DNA of 64,000 nucleotides, from assembly GCF_964194155.1 (NCBI RefSeq), contig NC_135891.1, forward strand, positions 62,434,001 through 62,498,000, written 5' to 3'. Below, piece by piece: positions 34,601 to 48,359 of this stretch (its first letter is position 1; every line of letters begins with the position of its first letter). Source of the stretch: Cetorhinus maximus. Its lineage: Eukaryota. The position numbers were made by a program, and so were the translations under genes. The notes below the pieces were generated by a model. That model was not told the DNA's origin. It worked only from the letters and a program-made list of their open reading frames with translations, and made no database searches.

Positions 34601-35012
34601 AGTTTCTTAATGAGTCATTTGCTTTGTATTAAATGAATCAGGACTATCAACAATGTAGGTACAGCACACCCTCCAATGCTGCATGTGTAAGTTAACCTAA
34701 GCTCTCAACAATGTGGAATAAGAGTGCCGATTATTACAGGGCTTGTTTGACTGTTTGCAGGGAGAGAAATAAATAGTTTGGGGACTCTCAGTCCAGTTCT
34801 TTGAACCCACAGCACAGAAGCCAATCCTAACTTCAAACCCTAACATCTGGTACTACTTCGTACAGGTGATTCTGCTGATAAATTCCTGAATATTGCTTAA
34901 TAATTTACCAGACAAAAAGTAATTTTCTTATGAAATTGAGGGGGAAATACTTCCCATAGCTTTCTGACTAAAAATCACATCTCTCCTGTCAGTATTTTTT
35001 TTGTCATTCTTT

Positions 35013-35360
35013 CATGGGATGTGGGCATCACTGGCAAGGCCCTTGAAATGGCCTGTCATTGCAGAGGGTAGTTAAGAGTCAGCCACATTGCTGTGAGTCT
35101 CGGAGTCACATGTAGGCCAGACCAGGTGAGGACAGCAGATTTCCTTCCCTAAAGGACATTAGTGAACCAGATGGGTTTTTACAACAATTGATGATAGTTA
35201 TCATAGCCACCATTACTAAGACTAGCTTTCAATTCCACATTTATTCATTAATTGTATTTAAATTTCACCAGCTACTATGGTGGGATTTGAACTCATGACC
35301 CCAGAGTATTAATCAGGGTCTCTGGATTACTAGTCCATTACATTACCACTACACCACTGC
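35013..35360 (-). mobile_element. tRNA-derived SINE (family A)
   Basis: Matches the other copies. Confidence 0.8.
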
Positions 35361-35519
35361 TGCCATAAATGTTTTATACTGTACATGCCATGGTGATGGC
35401 ACACTCATATTGGGACAATATTTTTGTCGGGGAAAGAAATGAAGCATAACGTTGATTTTCTTAAATGATGGTTTTCTTGAAGCATTACTATAGGGATTAA
35501 AAGTTTCAAACTGCAGCAA

Positions 35520-35862
35520 GTCAGTCTTTTATTCCTAGTTAGGTATTGATAGGGATGTTCTGCTAGAGTAAATAGGGAGAAACTGTTGCCACTGGCAGAG
35601 GATACAGATTTAAGGTAAATAGCAAAAGCACCAGGGTATATGCAGTGAGTTGTGACAATCAGGGATTCATTGCCTGAAAAGGTGGTGGAAGCAGATTCAA
35701 TCCTAACTTTCAAAAGAGAATTGGATATATACTTGAAGGGGAAACATTTGCAGAGCGATAGGGAGCCAGCAGTGAGTGAAATCAATTGGATAATGCTTTC
35801 AAAGAGCAGGTGCAGGCATGATGGACCAAATGACCTCCTTCTGCACCATATGATTCTATGAA
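35520..35862 (+). mobile_element. CR1 LINE 3' end
   Basis: LPEKVVEADSILTFKRELDIYL followed by an attctatg tail. Confidence 0.8.
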
Positions 35863-38397
35863 TCTCGGTATGCAGCAGTGATACATACCGAGTATGTATC
35901 GGTACGTATGCCTCACAGAAGACTGAGATCAGCATTTAAAGAGCAACTCAGGTCACTCATTGTTCATTAAAACCAAGATCGCAACCGTGCATAATCAACA
36001 ATAAAGAAAATAACTTGCATTTAAACAGCACCTTTCACATCTTAAGGACATCCACAAGCACTTTACAGCCATTGAACTACCTTTGAAGTGCAGTCACTGT
36101 TGCTGTGTAGGAAAATGCAAAAACCATCGGCATACAGCAGGTTCCCAGAAACAATGAAATGAGCATCTAGATATTCTAATTTCAGTGGTGTTGATTGAGG
36201 GTTCACTATTGTTCAGGACATCAGGAGAACTCACCTGCTCTTCACTGAGTGGTGCCTGAGAGGGCAGACAGGGCATCAGTTTAAAATCTCATCCAAAATG
36301 CAGCAATGCCCACAATGAAGCGCTCCCTCAGTACTGCAAGTCCTGAAGCGGGACAAGCTCCAGTACAAGACTGAAACTTTAGCCTGTGGCATTCTACCTC
36401 AGAGGTAAAAGCGTGATGACAGAGTTTAGATTTTATACACAGTAAGGTCCACCAAACAGCACTGCAACAAGTGATTAGTTGAATGCTGTTTTTTGGTGAT
36501 ATTGGAAGGAATCGGAGAGCTCAATGCTCTACCCCCAGTGGTGCCATGGGACCTTTAACATACACCTAAATCAGGACCTTGGTTCAACATCTCCTCAGTT
36601 AGTACTGCAGTATTCCTTCAGTGGCACCTTTAATTATAAACTCCAACTCATGATGAATGGGACTTAAATTCACAAACTTCTGGCCCAAATTTAAACAGTC
36701 TGACAATTAAATTAAAAATTGTCTGCAGTGAACTTTTGAGGGAATGCTTAAGGCAGATTCCACTTGTGAATTCCTGGTAGCTTTTTTTATCCCTATACAC
36801 TCAGTGCAAAATTAAATGTATTAGTGGGTATTTGTATGTTAGAATGAGACTAACAGAGAGCAGGATAACTCTAACATTAAGATTTGAATACAGTACAATT
36901 CAGTTTTTGTTTAACTTTTGTGCTCATTATGTTAGCACTGAGGAATGGAACTCTTACTAGTTCAGTCACTACCATCAGCATCAAACACTCCCAAATCAGG
37001 TACAGAGTAAAGTTCCTTCCATTCTGCTGAACAACATTCCTCAGTCCCAGCCTCAGTGTCTCCTCCTGCACCAAGTGTAATATTTGCATTTCTGACCTCT
37101 GAATTTGATTGCTGAACCATGCTCCAGCTATATTAGCTGCATCAAGACTGTCCAAGCCTATTTACATCAGATCCCTGTGGCCAGCTGATCGAGGAGATCT
37201 TCATCCCAGTGTGAGGCAGAGTTCAGCTCAGACAGTCCAGTTTTTCTCCCTGCCCCATCTGGTGGGCAAATAGAGGATGATCTCTGAGGCCTTCTGCAGT
37301 GCTGCTGCTGGGTTGCACATATGTACTGAAAGACTTCCCTCCCACTGTTCTCTCATCTGTGGGAACGCACTTGGGCCCTCTGCCCTCTGACCTGGCCACC
37401 AAGATCGGAAAGTGCCCTGCACCCTCCAAACTACTGTTGATGATATAAACACAACATTCAATGTTCAAAATAAAATATTGCCCTCGAGAAGCTGTTCGAA
37501 TGCAGAAGAGTGGGTTTTCGTGGCACGATGTATGCTGGTGCCACCATCAACCTGGCAAAATCTTCTTGTGGGTTTGCTCAGCTGTATTTTGACTGACAAC
37601 AGTTTAGAAACGCCCTGTCCATCTGCTTCCCTCATTTATTTTCATCCATGTTTTAAACACAGAGTTTTGGCTCACACAAAAGATAAAGCAGAAAAGAAAT
37701 CCACAGTGAAACAGAAAGGAGTGATGTGGCTTTGTACTGTATGTGGCCTGGTGGGGTTTTCCTGTGAAAACTCCCCTGCCTCCTGTGGTTTTACCATTAA
37801 CTGACATCTGGTTCTCCCCCATCCCACCCCACTGCAGTGAGTAAACCACTAGACTGCACCCAACGAATTTTATTCTGTTACTTTTATGATTTATACTTAA
37901 TATAGTCATAATGGTCTGTGTACAGCATGTAAAGAAGAAATTGTTGTCTGAACTCTTCTTGTGCTGGTCTTTTCTCCCCTTCCTCAATCCTCGCTTCTCT
38001 CTGAAGATGTACAGAACAGCCTGTAATACGGTGTCGGCGATGCCGATCAGCTTTCAGTACCTCACTCAAGTAACTTTTCTTCAGTGAATCCAGCTAGTAA
38101 ATGGTGGCAGCATCTTCAGCTGTGCAGAGCTTTCACAAGTCAGCCCAATCCTGACCTCACCCAAATTCAGCACATGTGTATTCAATGTGAAGGAAGTGGA
38201 GGGGGGACATGGTCCACAGGATAGCAATCGGGAGTATCGACCCCACCTGATTTACCTCCTCCCTACTCTAAAGGTGCTGAGGCCAATTGTTGTGCACCAG
38301 CTATCTTCAGCTAACAGACCACAAACCAAACTTAACATAGCAGCCTGGAGAGAGAAATGACAGAGAGAGCGAGAGAGAGACATGAAGTAGAGATTAG

Positions 38398-38514
38398 GGG
38401 CGAAATTTTATGGCAGCAGGATTTTACATTCCTGCCGAAGCCAACGAAGTTTAGAATCTCTCGCCGCATTTTACGGCCCCGTCCCTGCCGAAACAGGGCC
38501 GTAAAATTCTGCCC
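38398..38514. mobile_element. 117-bp Harbinger-type MITE
   Basis: TIRs gggcgaaattttatggc / gccgtaaaattctgccc flanked on both sides by TAG (38395-38397, 38515-38517). Confidence 0.85.
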
Positions 38515-38619
38515 TAGGATTTTTTTGGATTGCTGGGGTGTAGATGATGACATCGATACTGGGACCTCTTCAGTTTTCCACTTAAATAAATAATTTAGGC
38601 ATAGCCACAGAGGTATGAT

Positions 38620-39080
38620 CTGGAAGTCCACTGATCATTCCAAATTAAACATTGCAAAGAGTGAGGAAGAATGCAGGAGGATACAAGAGGTCATAGGCCA
38701 TTTAGAGGCGAGGGCAGAGAGGTGGCAGAGGCAGTGCACTGCAGAGACCTGTGAAGTAGTCTACTTGAAGAAAAAGAACAGTGAAAGGATGTACGTTCTA
38801 AAGATTCTTACAGAAACAGAGATCTAAGAGGGTGGATACAAAGATCTTTAAAGGTGGCAGAAAGAGAGTTCTAGGTTCTGTATGTTGGTAGATCTTGGCA
38901 CCTTGATATAGGAAGGATATTAGAATCATAAAGAGGGTGCAGTGAAGATCCATTGGATTGATATTGGGAATGAATGGATACAGTAATGAAGAAAGGCTCA
39001 AAGATTGATGTCTTTATCATTGCAAGAGAGCAGGTTATTATAATAAGAGTTTTCAATATTATGAAAAGTCTTGACAGGGT
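38620..39080 (+). mobile_element. Old CR1 RT fragment
   Basis: TDHSKL...EECRRIQE...AERWQ...ETCEVV resembles CR1 RT C-terminal motifs. Confidence 0.55.
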
Positions 39081-39874
39081 ATGATCTGCAGTCTATCCAC
39101 CTCCTTAAACATCTATTTTCTCTCCATCATTGTAGAGTGTGTCTTATCTACAGGATGCACTGCAGAAACTTGCCAATGCCTCTCTGAGAAACACAATATA
39201 CAGGGTACTAGTAAATTGCCTGTGGCATTTCCCCTGGTTAGTTGACGAATACAAGTTTTATGTACAAGATGGTGACTGAGTTGGGAGAGGGACGAAATAA
39301 AGTCTCTCCACATCACCACCTGGTGGCCATGGAGTTTTTTTAAATCTTTGCTCTCAGCATGTGGGTGATACTGGCAAGGCCACTTTTACTGCCCGTCCCT
39401 AGTTGCTCTGAATAGGTGCTGGTGGACTTTCTCCTTGAACTGCTGAACTCCGTGTGGTGATAGAGCCTGCGACTGCACAGCAAAATTGAAGGGCAAATGT
39501 TGGCAGATGCAATTTACAATGGTAGACAATGTCATGAAAATGTGCCCAAAAATCAGGACTACAGCAAGTAAAGTTTGGGGACAGGAAGTGCAAGGCCTGT
39601 GCAAGAATTTTACGAACACTTAGATAAGAAATGGGCGGGGAAATGGGATTAAAAATAGATAGTGTCAGTTGAGGAACTAGCATTGGCACAACTGCAAAAG
39701 GAAAAATGGACTTCATCTGTGCTGTGAAATCCTACTTCTTTGTAAATCATTGATTTTATTTAAAAAGGTGTTTTGCTTAAGCAGAACCACTTCATAGATT
39801 TCAAAACTGTCATTTGTTATAAAAACAGTCTTTGCTCCAAATAGATGATTTTTTTTTTTGCAGTCTTACAGGAA

Positions 39875-40325
39875 GAAAGTCTTGCCTTTATACTGTGCCT
39901 TTCATGACCACTGGCCATCTCAAAGCAATGAACAGTCAATTAAATGCTTTCTTGAGGTGTAGTCTCTGTTATAATGCAGGAAACATGGCTGTCAATTTGC
40001 ACACATCAAGCTCCCCAAAACAGCAATATGATAATGACCAACTAATCTATTTTTGTGATGTTTATTGAGGGATAAATATTGGCCAGGACAATGGGGATAA
40101 CTCTATTGATCTTCTTCGTGATAGTGCCATGGGATCTCTTACGTCTACCTGAGGGGGCAGACAGGGCCTGAGTTTAACACCTCATCCAAAAGATTGCAAG
40201 TCAACAGTGCAGCACATCCTCAGCATCACAGTGGAGTCTCAGTCTTGATTTTTGTGCTGAAGTCTTTGGAGTGGGACTTGAACCCACAACCTTCTGACAC
40301 TTGGGCTACTAACTGAGCCATGACT
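39875..40325 (-). mobile_element. DeuSINE-like SINE
   Basis: Head gggttcaagtcccactcca, core and tail all present. Confidence 0.72.
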
Positions 40326-41763
40326 GATGCCTAAGTGGCTGGCAGGAATTATCCCCCAAAAAAGAGTTTACCATGTGACTGCACATGGCAATGAGAACAA
40401 TTCACCCACATTAGTTTTAGACATTCTTGCTGACCACACCTCCTGGATATGTATAATGTGGAAATCATCCAAACACTCACATCACTTTCACTGAAACTCT
40501 ATGAGATATCTGTGCCCCTTCAACTTGTGCCTTTTGAGCATCCTCAATTTTAATTGCTATGCCTTCAGCCATCTAGGCCTGAGGCTCTGGAATTCCTTCC
40601 AGAAACCTCCTTATCTTTCTACCTCTCGTATATTTTATAATACTTGGTGAATTGAATAAAAAATATGAAGATAACAAGGTCTGTTTAAACAGCGCATTTT
40701 ACAAACAAACATGCTCTTTAGATTAAAGCCCATGAAGTCTATGAAACCATAGCTTATTGGTGAGGCAGGGGGCAGGGTGAGAATGGTGAAGGGGTGGTTT
40801 ACTTTCAAAAGTCCCTTTGTTACAGACAAATCAAAATACCATGCTTCCAATAGAATAACAGGGCTGCAGAAAATACTGATTGGCTGCAGTACCAAAGGGA
40901 ATTACCTAGAAATCCCATTACATTGCTTATTTCACAACAGTTTCACTAAACCGAAGGTTGTTCACATTTTGGTGTGCAGCATAATACCACAAAAGGGAGG
41001 CAGACTTCCTCCAATCGTAGCAGAACATTGATTTCCTACCACCTCTGCACAAACATTAAAGTACAGCTTTCGTTAGATTATTGATTCATGAACATTACCC
41101 ATTTGTGCATCAGCCTTGGCTCAGTGGTAATACTCTCACCTCTGGGTGAAAATAACATGGGCTCAACCTTGACATGATCTAGGCTGACAGAACAGTACTG
41201 AGGGAATGCTGCACTGTCAGAGGTGCCCTCTTTGAGGTGACACATTAAACTGAGGCCTTGTCTGCTCTCTCAGGTGACATAAAGGATACCATGGTGCTAT
41301 TCAAAGGGAACAACTTTTATCCCTCAGTCTGTTTGTGCACAAATGAAAGTTCCACTTGTGGAGCCAGCAGTATATCTACCTTTCCTGACCTATATCAGTA
41401 AAAAGAAAAGGAAATGTTTTGTTTTATCTTTGTTTTGAATATATGCCTTTTGGAACCGGCTTTGTACTTATCACACATCCTGCTTTCTCTCTAGCAAGTA
41501 CCACTCTGCAGATACCTGTTATGTAAAATGCTGTCAAAGACACCATAAAGGGTGTAATCCACACCCACAGAACTGTCACTTGCATTCCTAGAACGTTCTT
41601 GCTTCTCACAGCTGAAATGCTCATTGTATTGTAATGCCAAAAAAAGTCATCATTTAAACATTACAGGCACAAAGGTTTTAGCATTTAACTCATCTGTCTC
41701 CTGTGACATGCACATAGGTGAGTTGCTCTATAGAAACTTGATGGGCCAAATTTTTATTCTTTG

Positions 41764-42140
41764 ATGGAATGTGGGTGTCACAAGCAAGTCCAACATTTGT
41801 TGTCCATCTCTTGAATTGCCGTTGAACTGAGTGGCTTATTAGTCCATTTCAGAGGGTCGTTAAGAGTCAACCACATTGCTGTGGATCTAGATTCACATGT
41901 AAGTCAGACTGGGGAAGGTATAGCAGATTTCATTCCCTTATGGTGAACCAAATGGGTTTTTAACAATAATTACTGATAGTTTAATTACACCATTTCTGAG
42001 ACTAGCTTTCAATTCCAGATTTTACTAATTGAATCTAAATTTAAATTCCACCAGCTGCCATGAGTGGGATTTGAACCCATATCTCCAGAGTATTAGTCTG
42101 GGCTGCTAGATTACCGGTCCAGTGGCATCATCATCTCCCT
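41764..42140 (-). mobile_element. tRNA-derived SINE (family A)
   Basis: Matches the other copies. Confidence 0.8.
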
Positions 42141-42439
42141 AGTGGCCACCTTCTGTGCCATAATGACTCAATGAATCTTTAGATGACATGGGATAATTAG
42201 AGCTGGTGCAAAGTATTTAGTAAGATATATAGATGCATATTATAAAATACTCAGCCCCAATTTTAATATAATTTTGTACAAATTTTCATTATTTTATTTT
42301 ATATATTACACATCAATATGATAACTTACAGAAACTCAGGATGTGGAGAGATAGTGTTGGTTGGAGGATAGGGTTTTCTCTTCAGTACAGGCTGTGAAAT
42401 GGGATATGCAAAACTAAAATGCTAAAGTGTTACCACAGT

Positions 42440-42990
42440 TCTCCTTCTTAAGCAGTCCCTCGGGATCGAGGATGACTTGCTTCCACTCCAGTTCGATGGG
42501 TTCTGAGATGGCTGATAAGCCCACTGCGAATGCCACATGCAGGGCAGGTGGTGCTTAAAGGGTCAGGTAGCTGAGGCGTTTGGAGGTTTGTGCACTCCGC
42601 CTGACACCTCGACTTCACCTCTGCATGTTCCCGTCAAAGTCTCTCAATGTGTTTGATGCCGTCCCAAATAAGCCTTCTCCATTTTTATGGGTCACAAGCC
42701 ATGGACTCTGATAAATCGGCAAGGATGTTTGACCTCTTCAGGAATGCTTTGAGGACATCCCTAAAGCATTTCCGCTGTCCTCCTGAATGTCTCCTGCCTT
42801 AACCGAGTTCCAAGTAGAGCAGTTGCTTCGCGAGTCTGGTGTCAGGCATACACACAACATGTCCCGCCCAGCGGAGTAGGTTTTGAGTGATTAACATCTT
42901 AATGCTGGGCAAGTTGGCTCGGGAGAGGACAGTGCTGTTGGACCACCTTTATGCCACTGGATTTAGAGGATCTTGCCAAGGCACTGTTAC
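42440..42990 (-). mobile_element. RTE-like LINE 3' fragment
   Basis: Minus strand has RLRWAGHV...PDTRLxKQLLYxEL..G.R..GGQRKxFRDVLKA-type sequence; a second copy lies at 49565-49990. Confidence 0.75.
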
Positions 42991-43939
42991 CATTGTAAGA
43001 CCTGGGATTCTTAGATTTGATACTAAATCAGATTGTTAAATTACAAAGCCAAGATGTCAAAATATAAATCAGGATGTAATCATCAAACCTTATAATGCTT
43101 GGGTCAGACTGCTCCTTGAACACTACATTCATCCCTGATTATCAAAAATACAAGGGAGATATTGAAGCTCATGTTGCAGGAAAAGCCACGAGTCTGATTT
43201 CTAATACCAGGAGTTAAATCATGAGAAACTTGGACTGTTCAGCCTTTACAGTTTGAGAGATCATGTTATAGAGGTGGAGAAGATTACTAAGGGTATAGAA
43301 AAAGTAACCCAGTACATTATATTAAATTAAATAGGAGTAGGACTAAGGGACACAGGTTCAAACTAAGATGGAACTCCCACAGAAAGGCAATACTCTAGAA
43401 TCATGTGAGAAACAATTGATGCTACAATTAGAATCGCTCTGGATGGATGAATGAAAATGGACCAATTGGCTTTCCTATTGCGATCTTGTCAAATCCCTCT
43501 CCAACACAAGCCAAGTCTCAAGTGATCATGATAGGCATGAAGATCAAAATATAACAAACGAGCAACTTAACTTCGTAACTGGAAATCATCTGCTGGTATT
43601 CCACAGTGTAATTGCAAGTCCATTGTATTTTCATATAATCTATCATAGAATGATTACAGCACATATCCAATTTTCTTTTGAAAGCCACCATTGAATCTAC
43701 CTACAGCACATTCTCAGGCAATTCATTCCAGGTGCTAACCTCTCATTGCATAAAAAGGTTTTTCCTCATATTGCCCCTGATTCTTTTACCAGCCACCTTA
43801 AATGTGTGTCCTCTGATTCTTCACTCTTCCACCAATGGGAACAGTTTCACCCAATCTACTCCGTATAGGCCTCATGATTTTGAACACCTTGTTAGTTTTC
43901 CATTGATACATATACACTGATGAAAAGATTTCACAGAAT

Positions 43940-44860
43940 CACAGAATCTTTACAATGCAGAAGGTGGTCATTCAGTCCATTGAGTCTGCACTGAAAGAGC
44001 ATTATACCTACTCCCACTCCCCTGCCTTATCCCCGTAACCTTGCACACTCTTTCTTTTCACGATTAAACCTGCCTCCACCACCCTTTCAGGAAGATTGTT
44101 CCTGACTCCAACCACCCTCTGGGTGAAAAGAAATTGCCTCACATCACGTCTACTCCTTTTGCCCATTATTTTGAATCTGTGCCCTCTAGTTCTTGATGTT
44201 CTCTTGAGTGGGAACAGTTTCTCACTATGTACCCTGTCCATACCCCTCAGGATCTTGAATACTCTATCAAGTCTCCTCTCAACCTTCTTTTCTCCAAAGA
44301 AAACAGACCCAAACTCTCCAATCTATCTTCACAGCACAGTTCTTTATCCCTGGAATCATTTTTGTGAATCTCCTCCTACTCTGCCTTCACATTCTTCCTC
44401 AAGTATGGTGCTCAGAATTGGACTCAGTAATCCAGATAAGGCCTAATTAGTTTCTTATATAAGTTCAACATGACCTCCTTACTCTTGTACTCAATGCTCC
44501 TATTAATAAAACCTTGGATACCATATGCTTTATTAACTGCTCTCTCCACATACCCTGCCATCTCCAATGACCTATGTACATATACCCTCTGTTCCTGCAC
44601 TTCCTTTAGAGGCTCTCCCTTTATTTTATACTGTCTCACCATATTCTTCCTGCCAAAATGAATCACCAAACGCTTCCCTGCATTGAACTTCATCTGCCAC
44701 ATGTCTGCCCAATCCGCCAACATGTCTATGTCCTTTTGAAGTTCAAGACTATCCTCATCACAGTTGACAACATTTCCAATCTTCATATCATCTGCAAATT
44801 TTGAAATCAGTCCCTTAACACCATAAAGGTCATTAATATATATCAAGAAGAGCAAGTCTT
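43940..44860 (-). mobile_element. CR1-clade LINE 3' fragment (RT remnant)
   Basis: LFLIYINDL...ISKFADDMKI...WQMKFNAGK...LYKKLIRPYLDY and SRTRGH...FTQRVV motifs. Confidence 0.9.
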
Positions 44861-45280
44861 CTACATGTTGCCTTTCATAACCACGGACATCCCAAAGCAC
44901 TTTACAGGCAATGAAGCACTTTTGAAGTGTAGTCTCTATAGGAAATTGGGCAGTCAGTTTGCACACAGCAAACTCCCACAAAACAATGATGTAACAATGA
45001 CCAGATAATCTGTTTTTGTGATGTTGATTGAGGGAGAAATATTGGCCAGGACACCAGTGGATAACTCCCTGCCTTTCTTTGAAATAATACCATAAGATCA
45101 TTTATGTTTACCTGAGAGGACAGACAGGGCCCCAGTTTAATGTGTATCCAAAAGATAGCACCTCCAACAATGCAGCATTCTCTCAATACTGTGCTAGAGT
45201 GAGCCAAACATGCAGTGGGACTTAAATCCACAACCTTATGGCTCAGAGGTGAGAGTGCTACCAACTGAACCATCACTGAT
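44860..45280 (-). mobile_element. DeuSINE-like SINE
   Basis: Full head and core; other copies at about 12770-13320, 36010-36400 and 41110-41330. Confidence 0.72.
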
Positions 45281-47060
45281 GCTTATTAATAGCCACAAAT
45301 CTTGGCACCTCTGTGAAGAATAACCCTACACTCCCTTGCTTGCAGTCATATGATATACATTTTGAATTTGCTTTACATTAGTATTTGCATTTTCTTGTAG
45401 CTTGCTCTGACTAACACCAGATACTAAAGATCTAGGTATCTCTGTGCTCAACAGAAAGTTTGGCAATTCAGAGGCTTATTATAAACATTGCTTTGGTGAG
45501 TAAATGTTATCTGTAATTCCCTTCCTCCCAACTGCACAACAACCATGTCATACACCCCTCCTCAACAAAACTGAACAATCATCACATCTTTGGATGACAA
45601 TCCTCAATAGGTTGAAAAGAAGATAGAAAGTATTATTTCAATATTGCGTTAGTTTAATCCAAGTAGTAACTTTCACTGGAGCATAGGAGCAGAAATAGGG
45701 CCACTTAACCCCTCAAGTCTGTAATGCCACCATTCAGTGAAATCATAGCTGATCTGCAACCTCACTTCATACACCCACCTTCACCCCAAATCTTTTAATA
45801 TCATTGGTTAACAAAAATCTATCAATCTCAGATTTAACATCATCAATTGATTTATCATCAATTGCTATTTGCAAAGAGAATTCCACGCTTCTACCACCAT
45901 TTGTATGTAAAGGTGTTCCCTAATTTCACTCCTAAAAGGTTTGGTTCTAATCTTTAAACTACATTGCTTAGTCCTAAACCAGGTGAAATGGCATTTTCTC
46001 TGTGTTTGGTCAATTTTCACCTGTATTCTTGGGTCTCAAGGGAGGGGGCAACATCGTGTGAACACCTTCCCCTTAATATCCAGGAAGGAATTTGAATATG
46101 CTTGGGAAGAAAAGATGTGGAGTGCCAAGAGGAAAGATGGGGGAAATTTGCATAGCTCTATCAAAGAGTCAGCACAAGACCAATGGGCCAAATGGTGGTC
46201 TTCTGCTTTGAAATGCAATTCTATGATGCTGCAAACTGTACACTACTGCACCATTAGCGCAGAGGCACTGGTTGTACTCACCGAGAAGATGGAACCTAAT
46301 TCGTTATTACAACTAAGTTCAGCTTCTGGCTATAATGCAATAAACAGTGACTTCAGTCTTAACACAGCTTCGATCAAAGAGACTACTTGGAGTGAATAAT
46401 TGAGCCTGAGACTTCTGCAGCCCTCAGGGTTATATCCTCACTGCTAGAACACAAGCACAGCACAATGTGTACATTATCTTTCCTACCTTGGGACATAAGC
46501 ATTGAATTACATCGGGTTTACAGTACAGGAGCAGGGCCACTCAGCGCAACCAGTGATTATGTTATGCATCAGCCTCCTCACACTCTTTATTTACTTCACC
46601 TCATCTTATCACCATATAGCTTCTATTATTTTCCACTTTCTGCACTTTATCTTCTTTCTCCCCCCACCTCAACCAGTCCATGTGATAGTGAGTTCTACAT
46701 TCTCACCACATTAAACCATGTTGGTTGAGACTTTCACTATAGCTTCAATACTAACTGACAATTGAAAGCAGTAACTAATAGTCGTCAGCGCGTGGTGCTC
46801 GCAAGATGTTTCCCCCTCCCTTAAGGTCCAAAAGTACAGGTGAAACCCCACAATTAAACAGGGGCCAAACACAGAGAAAATGCTATTTCACCTGGTCTCC
46901 CACCCAATCACTTCTTGCTTTCTGCCTTCCATGCGTGTACTCGCTTACTATACGTAGAAATAATATTTTTTCTTAAAAATACGTTTTTAAAAGGCAACAA
47001 TGTAATTCCATTTTAAAAGATCTCAGTATTTAAACAAAATTTCGCCTCACTGAAACTTAC

Positions 47061-47108
47061 CTGTGACAAACATAAAATACAGCAAACCAGGAAATTTGGG
47101 CTCAGCAT
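47061..47108 (-). CDS. CD40: CD40-like exon 1 (signal peptide MLSPNFLVCCILCLSQ)
   Basis: ATG at 47108, 48 nt, ends CAG|gtaagt (phase 0). Hydrophobic leader next to a CpG-containing promoter; joins exon 2 in frame. Confidence 0.82.
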
Positions 47109-47199
47109 TTTGTCCAGAACTTACACCAGATTTTCCCTCTTTTTTTTTGTTGCCAATGATTTTGACGATCCCGGGTGGATGCTTGATAAATATTTGTCT

Positions 47200-47620
47200 A
47201 GCTTAACAAGGAATTCTTTGTCCAAAGCGATGGCTCTTTTGTTGCAAATGCTGTGAGATCAACCCGAGGAGAACTTATATTGAGGCCAGTTCCTTTCTCT
47301 CCTCCCCTTTCGCGGTATTTTCCGAGGGGCTTTCCAGTTGCGGTCCCATCTCATCACAACATTACTGTTTTGCTTTTGTGTGTTTCTGTGTCGCCCGTGT
47401 CAGCACCGATATTCCCATCAAGTGACATCACCCATTTTTAAAAGCCTGGAGATAAGTTCAGGTGATATAAAATCATTCATGTATTTACACTTGAAACTGA
47501 CAGTGTCCGATTTCGGGCGCAAGAATCTTTCTTTCTAATTTCACACAACCATTTTCTTTTTTTGGGTTTTTTTCGAACAGTTTATTTCCTCTTTCGCAGA
47601 ATGGCGCAAGGGTGAGTTGC
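47200..47620 (-). promoter_or_regulatory. CD40 promoter region with NF-kB-like site
   Basis: Local CpG enrichment; GGGGCTTTCC at 47326-47335 fits the kB consensus GGGRNYYYCC; Ets/IRF-like GAAAGAGGAAA on the minus strand near 47585-47595. Confidence 0.55.
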
Positions 47621-48359
47621 CTGGACAAATGACCAGTTTAACATTTACTATTGTGTTTGTTAGATCTATCGCCTCTGCAGTCCTGGAGTATTAGGAGTGG
47701 GTGAGCTGAACTGCCCAGTGTAAAGAGAGAGCTCCCCATTTTGGAGTGAGTAGGGGTGCGACCAAAGACAACCTTTGCGGGTCCTTGAAAACGTTGCTGT
47801 ATTGGGTGGTTGTGTCTCCCCCCCCACCCCCAGCCCGGGACAGAGTTAAAAATATTAAACCCCACAAATGTAGCAACTTAGTGGGCATACCGTGACCTCA
47901 CTGCATCACCACGGAAGAAATCCCCATGATCTCAGACTGAGGTTTTGGCGAGACTGGAGGCTCCCAGGTTTGGTGGTACAAGGTGAGGAAATTCTTTGTG
48001 CTGGATGCCACAGTGTTACTCCATTTCACTCAGCCCAAGAGCTCCCCAACCTCACAATCCCCCTAGGGATCTCAGGTGCACCTGCTGCCACATCTCAGAG
48101 CAGCAAAATGTGATATATCACTTTTGCTCTTTTTGGATAGCACTTGGATTTCCAGTGGGTTAACAGTCCTCCATATAAGATGTAATAGTATTCTGTTTTA
48201 TAGAGGTTTAATACTGCAGCATATCTCAGTATTAAAGTTATATATCAGGTGCAAAGCTGTCCATTAGGTGTGGGTAAATATCCTGCAGAGCAATAAAGAA
48301 AATGCTGTTACCAGCCACAGTGCTGTCTAACCCACCCACATAAGCAACTTTATACCATA

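Noticed and set aside
40255-40325. tRNA gene-like A/B boxes (also in other SINE heads)
   Set aside because: These are SINE heads without a complete cloverleaf.
44424-45101. 225-aa ORF as a host gene
   Set aside because: It is a chimera of a DeuSINE and a CR1 reverse-transcriptase fragment.
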